Shown here piece after piece: positions 1-8,183 of a stretch of DNA of 20,000 nt. The notes under the pieces were generated by a model, which was not told where the DNA came from, ran no database searches, and was given only the letters and a program-made list of their open reading frames with translations. The stretch is taken from the IMG/VR virus record IMGVR_UViG_3300040733_000035; one strand, 5' to 3'. The DNA is from an uncultured virus (IMG/VR IMGVR_UViG_3300040733_000035). Lineage: Duplodnaviria; Heunggongvirae; Uroviricota; Caudoviricetes. A program made the translations under genes and the position numbers. Numbering within the stretch: the stretch's first letter is position 1; every line of letters starts with the position of its first letter.

Positions 1-187
1 ACACCTCAATACCAGCGACCTCACCAAACGACTCGGATGGAAGCGTGAGTGGGGTAGCCAAATTCTGATTCTCGCCTGCGACTGTATAAGCTGCAGCAGT
101 ACCAACTCTGGCGTTGGCACCAACAGCAAGACCAGTCGTAGAGAAATCGAATTTATAATCAAATGCCTCTAAAGTATACGCGGCCAT
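1..187 (-). CDS. 5' part of a gene running off the left edge (MAAYTLEAFDYKFDFSTTGLAVGANARVGTAAAYTVAGENQNLATPLTLPSESFGEVAGIEV...); candidate abundant structural/capsid protein
   Basis: Own translation: ATG at 187, 62 open codons to the window edge, SD GGAGGT just upstream (ATGGAGGTTAATAATG), TATA TTTTATATAT at 230-221. Absent from the ORF track because it is truncated. Function is a guess. Confidence 0.85.
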   Translation of the reverse strand, partial: MAAYTLEAFDYKFDFSTTGLAVGANARVGTAAAYTVAGENQNLATPLTLPSESFGEVAGIEV

Positions 188-192
188 TATTA

Positions 193-230
193 ACCTCCAT
201 AAAACTGAATAGAAAATGTGATATATAAAA
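193..230 (-). promoter_or_regulatory. Archaeal TATA box (TTTTATATAT, 230-221) and SD (GGAGGT, 198-193) for the left-edge gene
   Basis: Motifs read directly; spacing fits a transcription start near 200 with a short SD-containing leader. Confidence 0.65.
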
Positions 231-295
231 CAAAGGTACAAAATAACAATACACCAAAAGAATGATATATGAATACAATAATTTATAGAAATTGC

Positions 296-466
296 ATGAC
301 ATCAAAAGTACACGTAAGTACGGCGGTGGGAAAAGAATACAAAACCGCATTCCACAAACGATGTATAGAAAATAACACGACAATGAGCAAAGTATTAGTA
401 GACGCGATGAAAGAATTCATGGATAGTCACCCAGAAAAACCATCGCGGTTTCAGGGAGTAACGTGA
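296..466 (+). CDS. Ribbon-helix-helix (CopG/ParG-like) DNA-binding protein, 56 aa
   Basis: MTSKVHVSTAVGKEYKTAFHKRCIENNTTMSKVLVDAMKEFM shows a beta-strand followed by two helices, the typical RHH pattern. ATG 296 preferred over 269 because a TATA-like ATATATGAA lies at about 265-273. Confidence 0.7.
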   Translation: MTSKVHVSTAVGKEYKTAFHKRCIENNTTMSKVLVDAMKEFMDSHPEKPSRFQGVT

Positions 467-494
467 GAGTTTGATGGAAAAAAGAGGAATAATT

Positions 495-920
495 ATGAAA
501 GAAATTAAAACAATCTGCCCGAATCCAGCATGCGATAGAGACATTTCACTGGACACATCAAAGATAATGCGAGCGATGATGAGAAAAAAACATACAAATG
601 GTATGCCACTGATCGGATGTCCGGCATGTTGCCATGTGATGATATTGCCAGACACAATACCGACAAACATGACAATGTTTGAGAATTTCGTAACAAATCT
701 AGAGAAAAACAACGAGTGGTTAGGAGATTGCGTGCCAATGATAGATCCGACCATGGTAAGAATGCCAACAGGAACAAGAAACGTTCATGGATCTACAATG
801 TATAGCTCAGGAACAGGAGAAATGCTTGACAAATACTCATACATGACGAAATACGGAATCGACCCAGAATGCGCGACATACAAAACTAATAAAAAACCAT
901 TCATAATACAAGACAGATAG
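495..920 (+). CDS. Zn-ribbon-containing hypothetical protein, 141 aa
   Basis: CPNPAC...CPAC(C) Cys pairs; SD GAGGA at 484-488 before ATG 495; followed by a T-tract. Confidence 0.75.
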   Translation: MKEIKTICPNPACDRDISLDTSKIMRAMMRKKHTNGMPLIGCPACCHVMILPDTIPTNMTMFENFVTNLEKNNEWLGDCVPMIDPTMVRMPTGTRNVHGSTMYSSGTGEMLDKYSYMTKYGIDPECATYKTNKKPFIIQDR

Positions 921-965
921 ACATTTTTTCTGGTAAAAACACAAACCAAAAATAAAATAATATAA
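921..965. terminator. Convergent oligo-T terminator region
   Basis: The + strand has TTTTTT at 924-929 right after the TAG at 920. The - strand has TTATTTTATTTTTGGTTTGTGTTTTT after the TGA at 966. Confidence 0.55.
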
Positions 966-1802
966 TCACAATTTTTCGCACCTAATAGATACTTGGGCAG
1001 ACTGACCAGCAAGAGAATCAATCAATATATACGTCTTGGCAGCACCAACACAATCAATCTGGAACGATTGATACAATGGGTGACCAATGGCAGTCAACAT
1101 GGCGACAGTCTGCGTGTCACCGACATAAAAATTACCAGCATCATCCTCAAAGATAACAACGAGAGACAAAGATGGAACAGACCGATAATCCGCGACATAA
1201 AAATACACATGAGCAACGAGAAGAGTATAATCAGACGTATCAACACCAGTTATACCAGATAGAACATAACCGTTGTTAAATGAGAAAATCCCATTGTTAG
1301 ATGCAATACCTGTGCCAACTGCATCACAACGAACATCACCAGCCGCAACACCGGCGCTCGGAGAGACAACGGTGCCTACCGCAGACACCAACGCACCAGC
1401 GGCGCGTTGAGCCTCTGTGACTCTAGCAACCCACAATGGCGCAGCATCGGTAGAAAAGAAAACATCATAAAACGCAGCGCCGACAACCTGTGGAATAGTA
1501 ACATCCACCATATGAGTATCACTAGCATCATCGGCTGTAGAAACTGATCCAATGGAAGAAATACCACCAGGACCGAATTCATTAGAAGGGGAATAAGCAC
1601 TTTTATATTCAACATCGTGTGTGAGATGACCACCAAGGGCAACATCAGCACTAACAAGAGCCGCTGAAGAAACGACCAACTTATCAACCGCATTAATGAG
1701 AGATCGATGCAGAACACTTGACTGACGCCTGAACACACTACGAACCGGAAGAGGGATAGTGCCATCAAGCGCACTACGAATATCAGACTTAAAACCAGAC
1801 AC
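966..1802 (-). CDS. Beta-rich hypothetical protein (about 278 aa), likely virion structural protein
   Basis: Long ORF rich in Ala/Val/Ser/Gly with many predicted strands. GTG 1802 is preceded by GGAGTGA at about 5 nt; GTG 1811 is the alternative start. Confidence 0.75.
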   Translation of the reverse strand: MSGFKSDIRSALDGTIPLPVRSVFRRQSSVLHRSLINAVDKLVVSSAALVSADVALGGHLTHDVEYKSAYSPSNEFGPGGISSIGSVSTADDASDTHMVDVTIPQVVGAAFYDVFFSTDAAPLWVARVTEAQRAAGALVSAVGTVVSPSAGVAAGDVRCDAVGTGIASNNGIFSFNNGYVLSGITGVDTSDYTLLVAHVYFYVADYRSVPSLSLVVIFEDDAGNFYVGDTQTVAMLTAIGHPLYQSFQIDCVGAAKTYILIDSLAGQSAQVSIRCEKL

Positions 1803-1807
1803 GAAAA

Positions 1808-2290
1808 TCACTCCTTACCTGAGAAGCAATTAATACATTGCTTGAATTGTACTTGCAGTGAATTGACATTATCGATTGTACAATAAAATTTGCCACTCTG
1901 TGCAATCAATGGAGCCAGACCATTATTTTTAAGCCACGTAAGACAAGCGAGAACAACCGATTTGTCAAGACCAGTACCATCAACAACATCCTGAAAAGTG
2001 ACACATCCCTTGTCGAACATAGATGAAACAGCACGCAAATCATCGAGGGAGACAATATCAGAAGTCGCCACCGCGAGCTTAGGAGGAGAATAAGAAGACT
2101 CAGATTTGACGACAGTAAGATCATCAACGATGGATTTATTGGCAGACTCGACAACACTCAATGGAGATTCATTGACTTTAACAGCACCAAAAGAAAATTC
2201 TTGTGTAACCGGGGCAGCACCAGTGGAAACCGGATTGCCAGTTGTAGGAATTTCTTCAGTTATAACATCGCTATCAAGGATATCAGACAT
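1808..2290 (-). CDS. Protein with disordered acidic N-terminus and C-terminal winged-helix-like domain, 160 aa
   Basis: VTFQDVVDGTGLDKSVVLACLTWLKNNGL matches a wHTH pattern; terminal CINC; GGGAGTG SD upstream. Confidence 0.7.
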   Translation of the reverse strand: MSDILDSDVITEEIPTTGNPVSTGAAPVTQEFSFGAVKVNESPLSVVESANKSIVDDLTVVKSESSYSPPKLAVATSDIVSLDDLRAVSSMFDKGCVTFQDVVDGTGLDKSVVLACLTWLKNNGLAPLIAQSGKFYCTIDNVNSLQVQFKQCINCFSGKE

Positions 2291-2298
2291 GATATTAT

Positions 2299-3006
2299 CT
2301 ACACTCCCCTTGTATATATAGATGCATTAATCTTAGTTTTCTTGCCCCACGAACGAGGATTGCCATCGACATAAACAACTTTGGGAATTTTAATTTCCCT
2401 AGACAAAAAAACAACATCACCGGATGAAACAACGGGTATTTGAGGTGGAGCAAAGTCAACAGAAACAGACTTCTTGTATTCATCGGACAATTTAAGATTA
2501 AGCCAACCAGACCAAGCCTTGTTACCAATATTCTGAAATTCATAACCGATTACAGTAATCCCATCTAGATTGATGGAAGACGGAACAGATCTATTTCCTG
2601 TATGCCTAAGCAATGGACGATTTTGGAGATGACCATCGATGATATTAGACATTTTTTCGATGACACCACTGACAGCAACAGACAATTTATCAGAGTAATC
2701 TGTTATGTAATCAGCAAGCAACGAAGCTTCATCATCAGTTGAAATAGTCTTATTGTAATCTATGGATGCATTTTGAGCACGAACATTAAAACCAGACATC
2801 GCGTCATTGATTTTTGCAACGACCTCTGATTGGACGGATTGGGAAAACGATTTAACAGCCTCTTGGAATTTAGAACCATCAACATAAATCAAGACCGGAT
2901 GGAGATCTATATAAGGCTGTGCATAATCAAGTGAATGATTCACAAGTCCGAGCGCAGTGGAATACGCATAATCAATCTGCGATTTTGCAATATCTAGTGT
3001 AGTAAT
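2299..3006 (-). CDS. Helical stalk + C-terminal Ig-like domain protein (about 235 aa if started at ATT 3006; 214 aa from GTG 2943)
   Basis: C-terminal PLLRHTG...QNIGNKAWSGWL motif is paralogous to the upstream gene. The frame is open from 3006, and SD GGAGGA (3020-3015) lies 8 nt before ATT. Confidence 0.75.
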   Translation of the reverse strand: MTTLDIAKSQIDYAYSTALGLVNHSLDYAQPYIDLHPVLIYVDGSKFQEAVKSFSQSVQSEVVAKINDAMSGFNVRAQNASIDYNKTISTDDEASLLADYITDYSDKLSVAVSGVIEKMSNIIDGHLQNRPLLRHTGNRSVPSSINLDGITVIGYEFQNIGNKAWSGWLNLKLSDEYKKSVSVDFAPPQIPVVSSGDVVFLSREIKIPKVVYVDGNPRSWGKKTKINASIYTRGV

Positions 3007-4763
3007 GATTTCAATCCTCCATAAACGGTGTTGACTATAACAGATGGAACGACTGTGCCGCCGAGTGAAGACAAATTATATATTCTTGTACCTGGAACCT
3101 GGACAGACAATACAGAAGATTGTCCGGGGGAAACAAAACTAAATCCTATACGCTTGTTCCATCTAAAATAGGGAACATCATAATCACCAGTGAAAACATT
3201 ACCGGTTTCCTTGAGATACAATTCAGCATAAGTATCATAATCAACAGAACTAGTCAAAACTACACCAAGCCAACCAATCCAAGGAGAACCGCCGATATTA
3301 GAAACTCCAATCTTAAACACATTAGTAGACGCGACAACTTTACCATCATCATCAAGATTATAATCAAAACTACTTATGCGAGGAGGAGTAACAATATCAC
3401 CGGTGAAACGTAATAATGGAACATTAGTGTAATATCGATCTACAAATTTATCGAATTGCCGTGATAAACCGTCAGATATATGATTGATGTATGCAGAATA
3501 ATAAGTGAAATAAAGTGAAATCCTATCAACATACCTGGAAATTGCTACAGACAACTTGTCATTGATATACGAAACCTGGGACTCAGTAAGACCAGGAACA
3601 TTATTATTAATGTATTCAATAGAACTGGTCTGAACATCATTAAGATATGTGCTATAATTACTACTAAGAACAGAAACGCGGGAATTGTAATCAGCAAACA
3701 TTTTATTGATATGATCTGATATAGACGAAGACACTTGACTAAGAAGAGCAGATTTAGAATTCCTGTAATCAGGACCATCAACAAAGATGGGAGAATACCC
3801 AGATTTAAATTGTTTTTCAATATTAGAAAACACTGGTTCGGATCGCTTGGACAAATCGGAAATCAAGTTTTCAAGTTGATTGCGAACACGGACAGACTCA
3901 GCAAACATCTGTGAACTAAACTTGCATATAACAACTGAAAAAACATAATCCGACTTGTTATAAAGCATCGATGGAATAGACGAAAACAATGCAGACACGC
4001 GATCAGATGACGAGTCAATGGCAATCTTTACTTTATCCTGACTGGATGAAATCTCGTCAGATGAATACGTAGAATAATACTTATACGACGAAATAGATTC
4101 ATTGTAGACAGAATTGGCATCACCGAGAGAATCATTATATTCAGTTGATATTTCGGTGAGAATTTCATTGACATCTGTATAAAATCCAGGTGGAAGAACT
4201 TTATATGTATTGTAGATGGAAATGAGACTATTGATAGAATCGACAAGATGGGATTCAGCCAGAGCGATAGCAGCAATATATGAATCAGTAACGGCAATGA
4301 TGAAAAAATGCGCAGCCTTGTTCTGAGCAGAAGACAACGCCAATGAAAACTTGTCATTTGCATTAGAAAGCGCATCAGAAACGTGCTTGGTAGCAGAAGA
4401 CGTAGATTGTGAAATATGATCAGACAATGCAGAAATCTGAACCTGGAGAGAATCGTAATACGATTGATTGGGGAAGGATATTTGTGAAACATACAAATTG
4501 ATGCTCTGAGACGCAACATCGACACAAGCGGTGAGATCTGCGACAAAATCACCATATATACCAGTATTAGAATCACCAATGCCAACAGAAAACGCAGAAA
4601 TGACACGATCAAACACATCAGTGGACGTTGTGGGGATCAATGGAACAGAATTAACGTCACTAATGAGGGATGTAATAAACGAAGACAATTTATTATCAAA
4701 ATTTGTCAGTGCGCGTGCTATATCATTATCAAAAATGGTTTGAATGGAGGAAAGATCAGTCAC
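2994..4763 (-). CDS. Long helical/coiled-coil protein with C-terminal Ig-like domain, 589 aa
   Basis: Long ORF whose GTG overlaps the upstream TGA, with GAGGT SD. Amphipathic helical body followed by PLLRFTG...SNIGGSPWIGWL...VSPGQS, an Ig-like CARDB/NBR1-type pattern. Confidence 0.8.
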   Translation of the reverse strand: MTDLSSIQTIFDNDIARALTNFDNKLSSFITSLISDVNSVPLIPTTSTDVFDRVISAFSVGIGDSNTGIYGDFVADLTACVDVASQSINLYVSQISFPNQSYYDSLQVQISALSDHISQSTSSATKHVSDALSNANDKFSLALSSAQNKAAHFFIIAVTDSYIAAIALAESHLVDSINSLISIYNTYKVLPPGFYTDVNEILTEISTEYNDSLGDANSVYNESISSYKYYSTYSSDEISSSQDKVKIAIDSSSDRVSALFSSIPSMLYNKSDYVFSVVICKFSSQMFAESVRVRNQLENLISDLSKRSEPVFSNIEKQFKSGYSPIFVDGPDYRNSKSALLSQVSSSISDHINKMFADYNSRVSVLSSNYSTYLNDVQTSSIEYINNNVPGLTESQVSYINDKLSVAISRYVDRISLYFTYYSAYINHISDGLSRQFDKFVDRYYTNVPLLRFTGDIVTPPRISSFDYNLDDDGKVVASTNVFKIGVSNIGGSPWIGWLGVVLTSSVDYDTYAELYLKETGNVFTGDYDVPYFRWNKRIGFSFVSPGQSSVLSVQVPGTRIYNLSSLGGTVVPSVIVNTVYGGLKSLLH

Positions 4764-5605
4764 TCAAACAACCTCGGTGGAACCATGGAACGTGGAGATT
4801 GAGCAGCAAACGAAAACGAACCGCCGAGATCCGATGGACCAGACTGAGACTTACGAGACTCACTAACCTCCTTCTTAATATCGCCACGAGTCTTAAACAT
4901 GCTACTAAATATCATTTTCTTGGACAATATAGGATCACTGTCTTTAAACGCTGCCTCGGCGATATTAATTGCATCCTGCTTAACACGTTCGATGATGTCG
5001 GGGTCAAGAGAATCAATCATTTCATCTGAAAATGACTGCAACGCACGCTTATATGAGGGATCACTAACCAAACCAGAAGCAAAATCAGACAAAATACTAA
5101 GCCCTACGGACACTGTAACATCTCCGATGGGTTTAAGTCCGAGCTGCTTAGCAGCCTTAATACCAAATGACATATACTTAGGAAGAACGGGAAGAGCACC
5201 AGAAATGACATTGCCAGCAGAAACGCGAGATGGAGGAACAGAATTCGACTGAACTTCCAAATCATGTGATTTTGGAACAGACTCATAAGGACGTTTACCA
5301 AGACTCTGTGTAACCTGATCCATTGCATGACACACATTGCACCGCTGCAAAACAACCGCGAATTCATCTCCATCCATCAATTCTTCAATGGTATACAATG
5401 ACTTAGGATAGTCGACATAAGCAATACGAGTGCCATTGGCAACAGAATCAAATCCCATGCCATACTTAACACCAGTAGGACGATCATCACGACTCTTATA
5501 ATCAAATTCTTGTGGAGACTGCACATTAGGAGATCCATGTGATCGCCATCTATCGCCCATGTCAACAAATGTGACACCATTTCTTCCTTTATAACCACCA
5601 GACAT
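4760..5605 (-). CDS. Hypothetical protein, 281 aa, with a hydrophobic helix (VTVSVGLSILSDFASGLV) and a CNVCH motif
   Basis: TAATG coupling to the upstream gene; SD GGAGGA. Confidence 0.8.
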   Translation of the reverse strand: MSGGYKGRNGVTFVDMGDRWRSHGSPNVQSPQEFDYKSRDDRPTGVKYGMGFDSVANGTRIAYVDYPKSLYTIEELMDGDEFAVVLQRCNVCHAMDQVTQSLGKRPYESVPKSHDLEVQSNSVPPSRVSAGNVISGALPVLPKYMSFGIKAAKQLGLKPIGDVTVSVGLSILSDFASGLVSDPSYKRALQSFSDEMIDSLDPDIIERVKQDAINIAEAAFKDSDPILSKKMIFSSMFKTRGDIKKEVSESRKSQSGPSDLGGSFSFAAQSPRSMVPPRLFE

Positions 5606-5958
5606 TATTGATCTTCCTCCGTGCGAATATTAGCCAACAGACCAATGATCACGGATCTATATAACTCGAATAAAGCATCACTGCTATTTATCTGTTTCAT
5701 CAATTCAGGATAATTTTTGTCAATGACCAACGTGACAAGCGAACCGACTCCACGAATATCCATGCCATCAATAGCAGTCCGAATGTTACCAATATTTGAA
5801 ACAAAGTTTTGATCAGATGTTATAAGAGAGATGATTCTATCAGCAGGCAATTCCTTGAGTGTCGAATATGCAGAATACACCACATCAGGAGATGGAAACG
5901 GAATAGAACACACCAACACCCTAGCCAAAGGATTAATAAAAACATCATCGGAAGACAT
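5605..5958 (-). CDS. Hypothetical alpha-helical protein, 117 aa
   Basis: TAATG coupling at both ends; SD GAGGT. Confidence 0.8.
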   Translation of the reverse strand: MSSDDVFINPLARVLVCSIPFPSPDVVYSAYSTLKELPADRIISLITSDQNFVSNIGNIRTAIDGMDIRGVGSLVTLVIDKNYPELMKQINSSDALFELYRSVIIGLLANIRTEEDQ

Positions 5959-7127
5959 TAAAACCTCGAAGCAACAGACGCAGCATCAGTAGACATTTTA
6001 TGATTACTAAGCAGCTTACTCTCAACAAGAGGGGCAATTATTCCAGTGACAGTGCCTAGAGCAGACATGCGGCGCTGTTCGCGAAGCATCTCAATTTCAA
6101 GCTGCTTCTCTTCTTTGATGAACTGATGATCAAGCTTTTTATCCTCACGCAGATTAGCTGCACGTATACGCTCTTGTTCAGGAGTATCAGTGACCACATT
6201 AACACCGCCAGCGCGAGCCTGCTCAATCATATCGCGAAGCTGTGAAATTGGTATTTGGGGAGGACTGCGGGAAATCTCTTCAAGCTGATTAACACGATTC
6301 TGTAGAAATTCACGGTCTTTCTCGACTGCCTGTATCTGCAATTCAATTATTTTACTCTGAGACTCAGCAATTGCTTTAGCGGCTGCTTCCTGAGACGCGC
6401 GATTTTGTTCTTGCATATTCTTAAACAATTCAGAAAACGCAGCAGTATTTTTATCATTAATTTCTTTAAATGTTTGAACAATATTAGCAACTTCGACCGG
6501 TGGATGAGGATTGGAATTAGACATGGGAGGTGTAACGGCACGTTGTATCTCCATGCCAGCACGAAGCTGATCAACTAACATGGAACTAACACTATTTATG
6601 ACAGAAATAACGTCATTGGACGAGCTAGTAACAGGTTGCACAACAGGAGATGACTGTGATCGACTAATACCAGGGAACGGAAGAGGAGAGGTGGAAAGCA
6701 ACTCAGGATGATCATCAATAAACTTACGCTTGGCGTCATCAGATTCGAAATTTTTAAGGGCAGCATCGAGAATAGAAGCTCTATCAGTAAGAACGGCAGA
6801 ATTTAATAATCCACCAGGAACCGGAGATGATTGACGAACGACATTAGTAGGTGAAGTAAGTGATGCCAATTTTGCCTCTTCTTCACGTTTTAGTCGCTCA
6901 CTTTGCAACAACGCAGAATCCATGACATTCTGTTTCAAACGACCAAACGCATTACCTATCATCTCTTTTTGGGCAGCTTTGATAACATCATTGGGATCGA
7001 CCTCAGAAAATGTTATAGACGGGGGAAGACCATCAGACTGTATATTATCAGCATCAACAACCTCTTTAGCGACAGAAATGAGAGATTTTTTTGATTCTTT
7101 CTTAACAGACTCTGTTTCCTTTGACAT
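5958..7127 (-). CDS. Coiled-coil protein with Pro/Ser-rich linkers and C-terminal amphipathic/hydrophobic helix, 389 aa
   Basis: Heptad-like Q/E/K-rich segments; LGTVTGIIAPLVES near the C-terminus; first gene of the operon, TATA about 26 nt upstream. Confidence 0.85.
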   Translation of the reverse strand: MSKETESVKKESKKSLISVAKEVVDADNIQSDGLPPSITFSEVDPNDVIKAAQKEMIGNAFGRLKQNVMDSALLQSERLKREEEAKLASLTSPTNVVRQSSPVPGGLLNSAVLTDRASILDAALKNFESDDAKRKFIDDHPELLSTSPLPFPGISRSQSSPVVQPVTSSSNDVISVINSVSSMLVDQLRAGMEIQRAVTPPMSNSNPHPPVEVANIVQTFKEINDKNTAAFSELFKNMQEQNRASQEAAAKAIAESQSKIIELQIQAVEKDREFLQNRVNQLEEISRSPPQIPISQLRDMIEQARAGGVNVVTDTPEQERIRAANLREDKKLDHQFIKEEKQLEIEMLREQRRMSALGTVTGIIAPLVESKLLSNHKMSTDAASVASRF

Positions 7128-7185
7128 GGCAATACAATATGATAAAAGGTATTATATAGAGGTTACTATTAGATAGATACACCAA
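7128..7185. promoter_or_regulatory. Divergent promoter region with one central TATA element (TTATATA 7152-7158)
   Basis: 58-bp gap; the TATA is about 25 nt from ATG 7127 (-) and about 28 nt from ATG 7186 (+). Purine-rich GATAAAAGG (BRE-like) lies upstream on + only. Confidence 0.65.
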
Positions 7186-7545
7186 ATGTCAGGAATGAAA
7201 AAACCGCCAATAAAGCGAAAAAGAGGCGAACGATGCAAAGGAAAACTAAACATAGATGAAGCATGGTCGAGATTGCCGGAGAGCCAAAGTGAAAGACAAG
7301 TTAAAATACAATTCTACGTAAACAAAGAACTACGGGACAGAATGAAAAACGTAGCACCGATGTTAATAGAAATGGAAAAAAACAACGAAGGTGGAGGAAT
7401 AAAGAGAAACACACCTGGAATGTTCTGTGAATACTGTTGTAAGACAGTCACGACGGGACTGGAACAAATAATAAAAACCATGCTAGAACAAGAAAAACCT
7501 AGAGGAAACGATGCCATCGCATATACTACACATAACAATGGATGA
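7186..7545 (+). CDS. Basic protein with RHH/Arc-like segment, 119 aa; putative transcriptional regulator
   Basis: QVKIQFYVNKELRDRMKNVA...TPGMFCEYCCKTV resembles an RHH strand-helix-helix; K/R-rich N-terminus. Confidence 0.65.
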   Translation: MSGMKKPPIKRKRGERCKGKLNIDEAWSRLPESQSERQVKIQFYVNKELRDRMKNVAPMLIEMEKNNEGGGIKRNTPGMFCEYCCKTVTTGLEQIIKTMLEQEKPRGNDAIAYTTHNNG

Positions 7546-7807
7546 GCTATTGTTTGGAAGAGGAACATTTTTTCCAGATGTACACAAATACATGGACAAA
7601 ATGCAACCATACCTACAATCAAATCACAGGATATATGGACACGATATGCAAACTGTATATGATATATACACAATGTCAGGAAACGAGACGATGGCATTAT
7701 CAGCATACTTTCATATATTATTGGATCTAGTTTCAGATGAGGTAGGGCAAGAACACGCAATAGCAGAATTAACAAGAAGAATCGCGAATGGAGAAATACA
7801 AACATGA
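7511..7807 (+). CDS. Small His/Asp-rich putative metal-dependent hydrolase, 98 aa
   Basis: Motif MPSxxxH...VHxxMD...HRxxxHD...HILLD is typical of small all-helical metal-binding hydrolase-like proteins; SD GAGGA at 7502-7506. Confidence 0.7.
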   Translation: MPSHILHITMDELLFGRGTFFPDVHKYMDKMQPYLQSNHRIYGHDMQTVYDIYTMSGNETMALSAYFHILLDLVSDEVGQEHAIAELTRRIANGEIQT

Positions 7808-8181
7808 TTGATATAAAGAAAGAAGATGAAAAGTGTCCAAGATGCGAAATGGACAACATTATGATAGGAATGGCAGTAGCACATGTGGCATGTGGTGGAA
7901 TAAAAAACGATGACGACCGGGGAGAATGCAACGAATGGGCAGCAAGCTTAGATCCGAACAAAATGTCTGCAATGGATATAATGGGAACGCTATACGATAA
8001 ATACGGAATAGACGGCTTATCGAGATTTCCAGAACTACACACAAAAATGATAAGAAGGCTAGTAATAAGCAAGGTAGGCGAAAAATTGGAAAAAGGAATA
8101 CCAATAACAACAGAAGAACAAGAATTGTTCAATAGATACACCAAAGAAGAAACGAAGGACGGAATAAAACAGGGGGTATAA
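7804..8181 (+). CDS. Cys-containing hypothetical protein, 125 aa
   Basis: ATGA overlap with the upstream stop; CPRC plus two further Cys. Confidence 0.8.
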   Translation: MIDIKKEDEKCPRCEMDNIMIGMAVAHVACGGIKNDDDRGECNEWAASLDPNKMSAMDIMGTLYDKYGIDGLSRFPELHTKMIRRLVISKVGEKLEKGIPITTEEQELFNRYTKEETKDGIKQGV

Positions 8182-8183
8182 GC

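Noticed and set aside
159..383. 74-aa minus ORF from the track
   Set aside because: Spans the promoter region and the RHH gene; the real gene is in another frame starting at 187.
2994..2996. Stop-codon reassignment, readthrough or frameshift fusing the two Ig-tipped paralogues
   Set aside because: TAG readthrough hits TGA within about 18 codons and no slippery site is evident. All three stop codons end genes normally in this window.
993..5252. Short plus-strand ORFs (993-1262, 2106-2321, 3120-3413, 4531-4743, 4703-5029, 4899-5252)
   Set aside because: Antisense to the coupled minus operon; no recognisable motifs or initiation signals.
5327..5341. CNVCH, a CxxCH heme-c binding motif in the 281-aa protein
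   Set aside because: Single occurrence, no signal peptide and no cytochrome context; more likely chance or a metal/disulfide site.
249..7186. ATACACCAAA upstream of both RHH-like genes (249-258, 7177-7186)
   Set aside because: It also occurs inside a CDS near 8136 and is expected by chance in such A-rich sequence.
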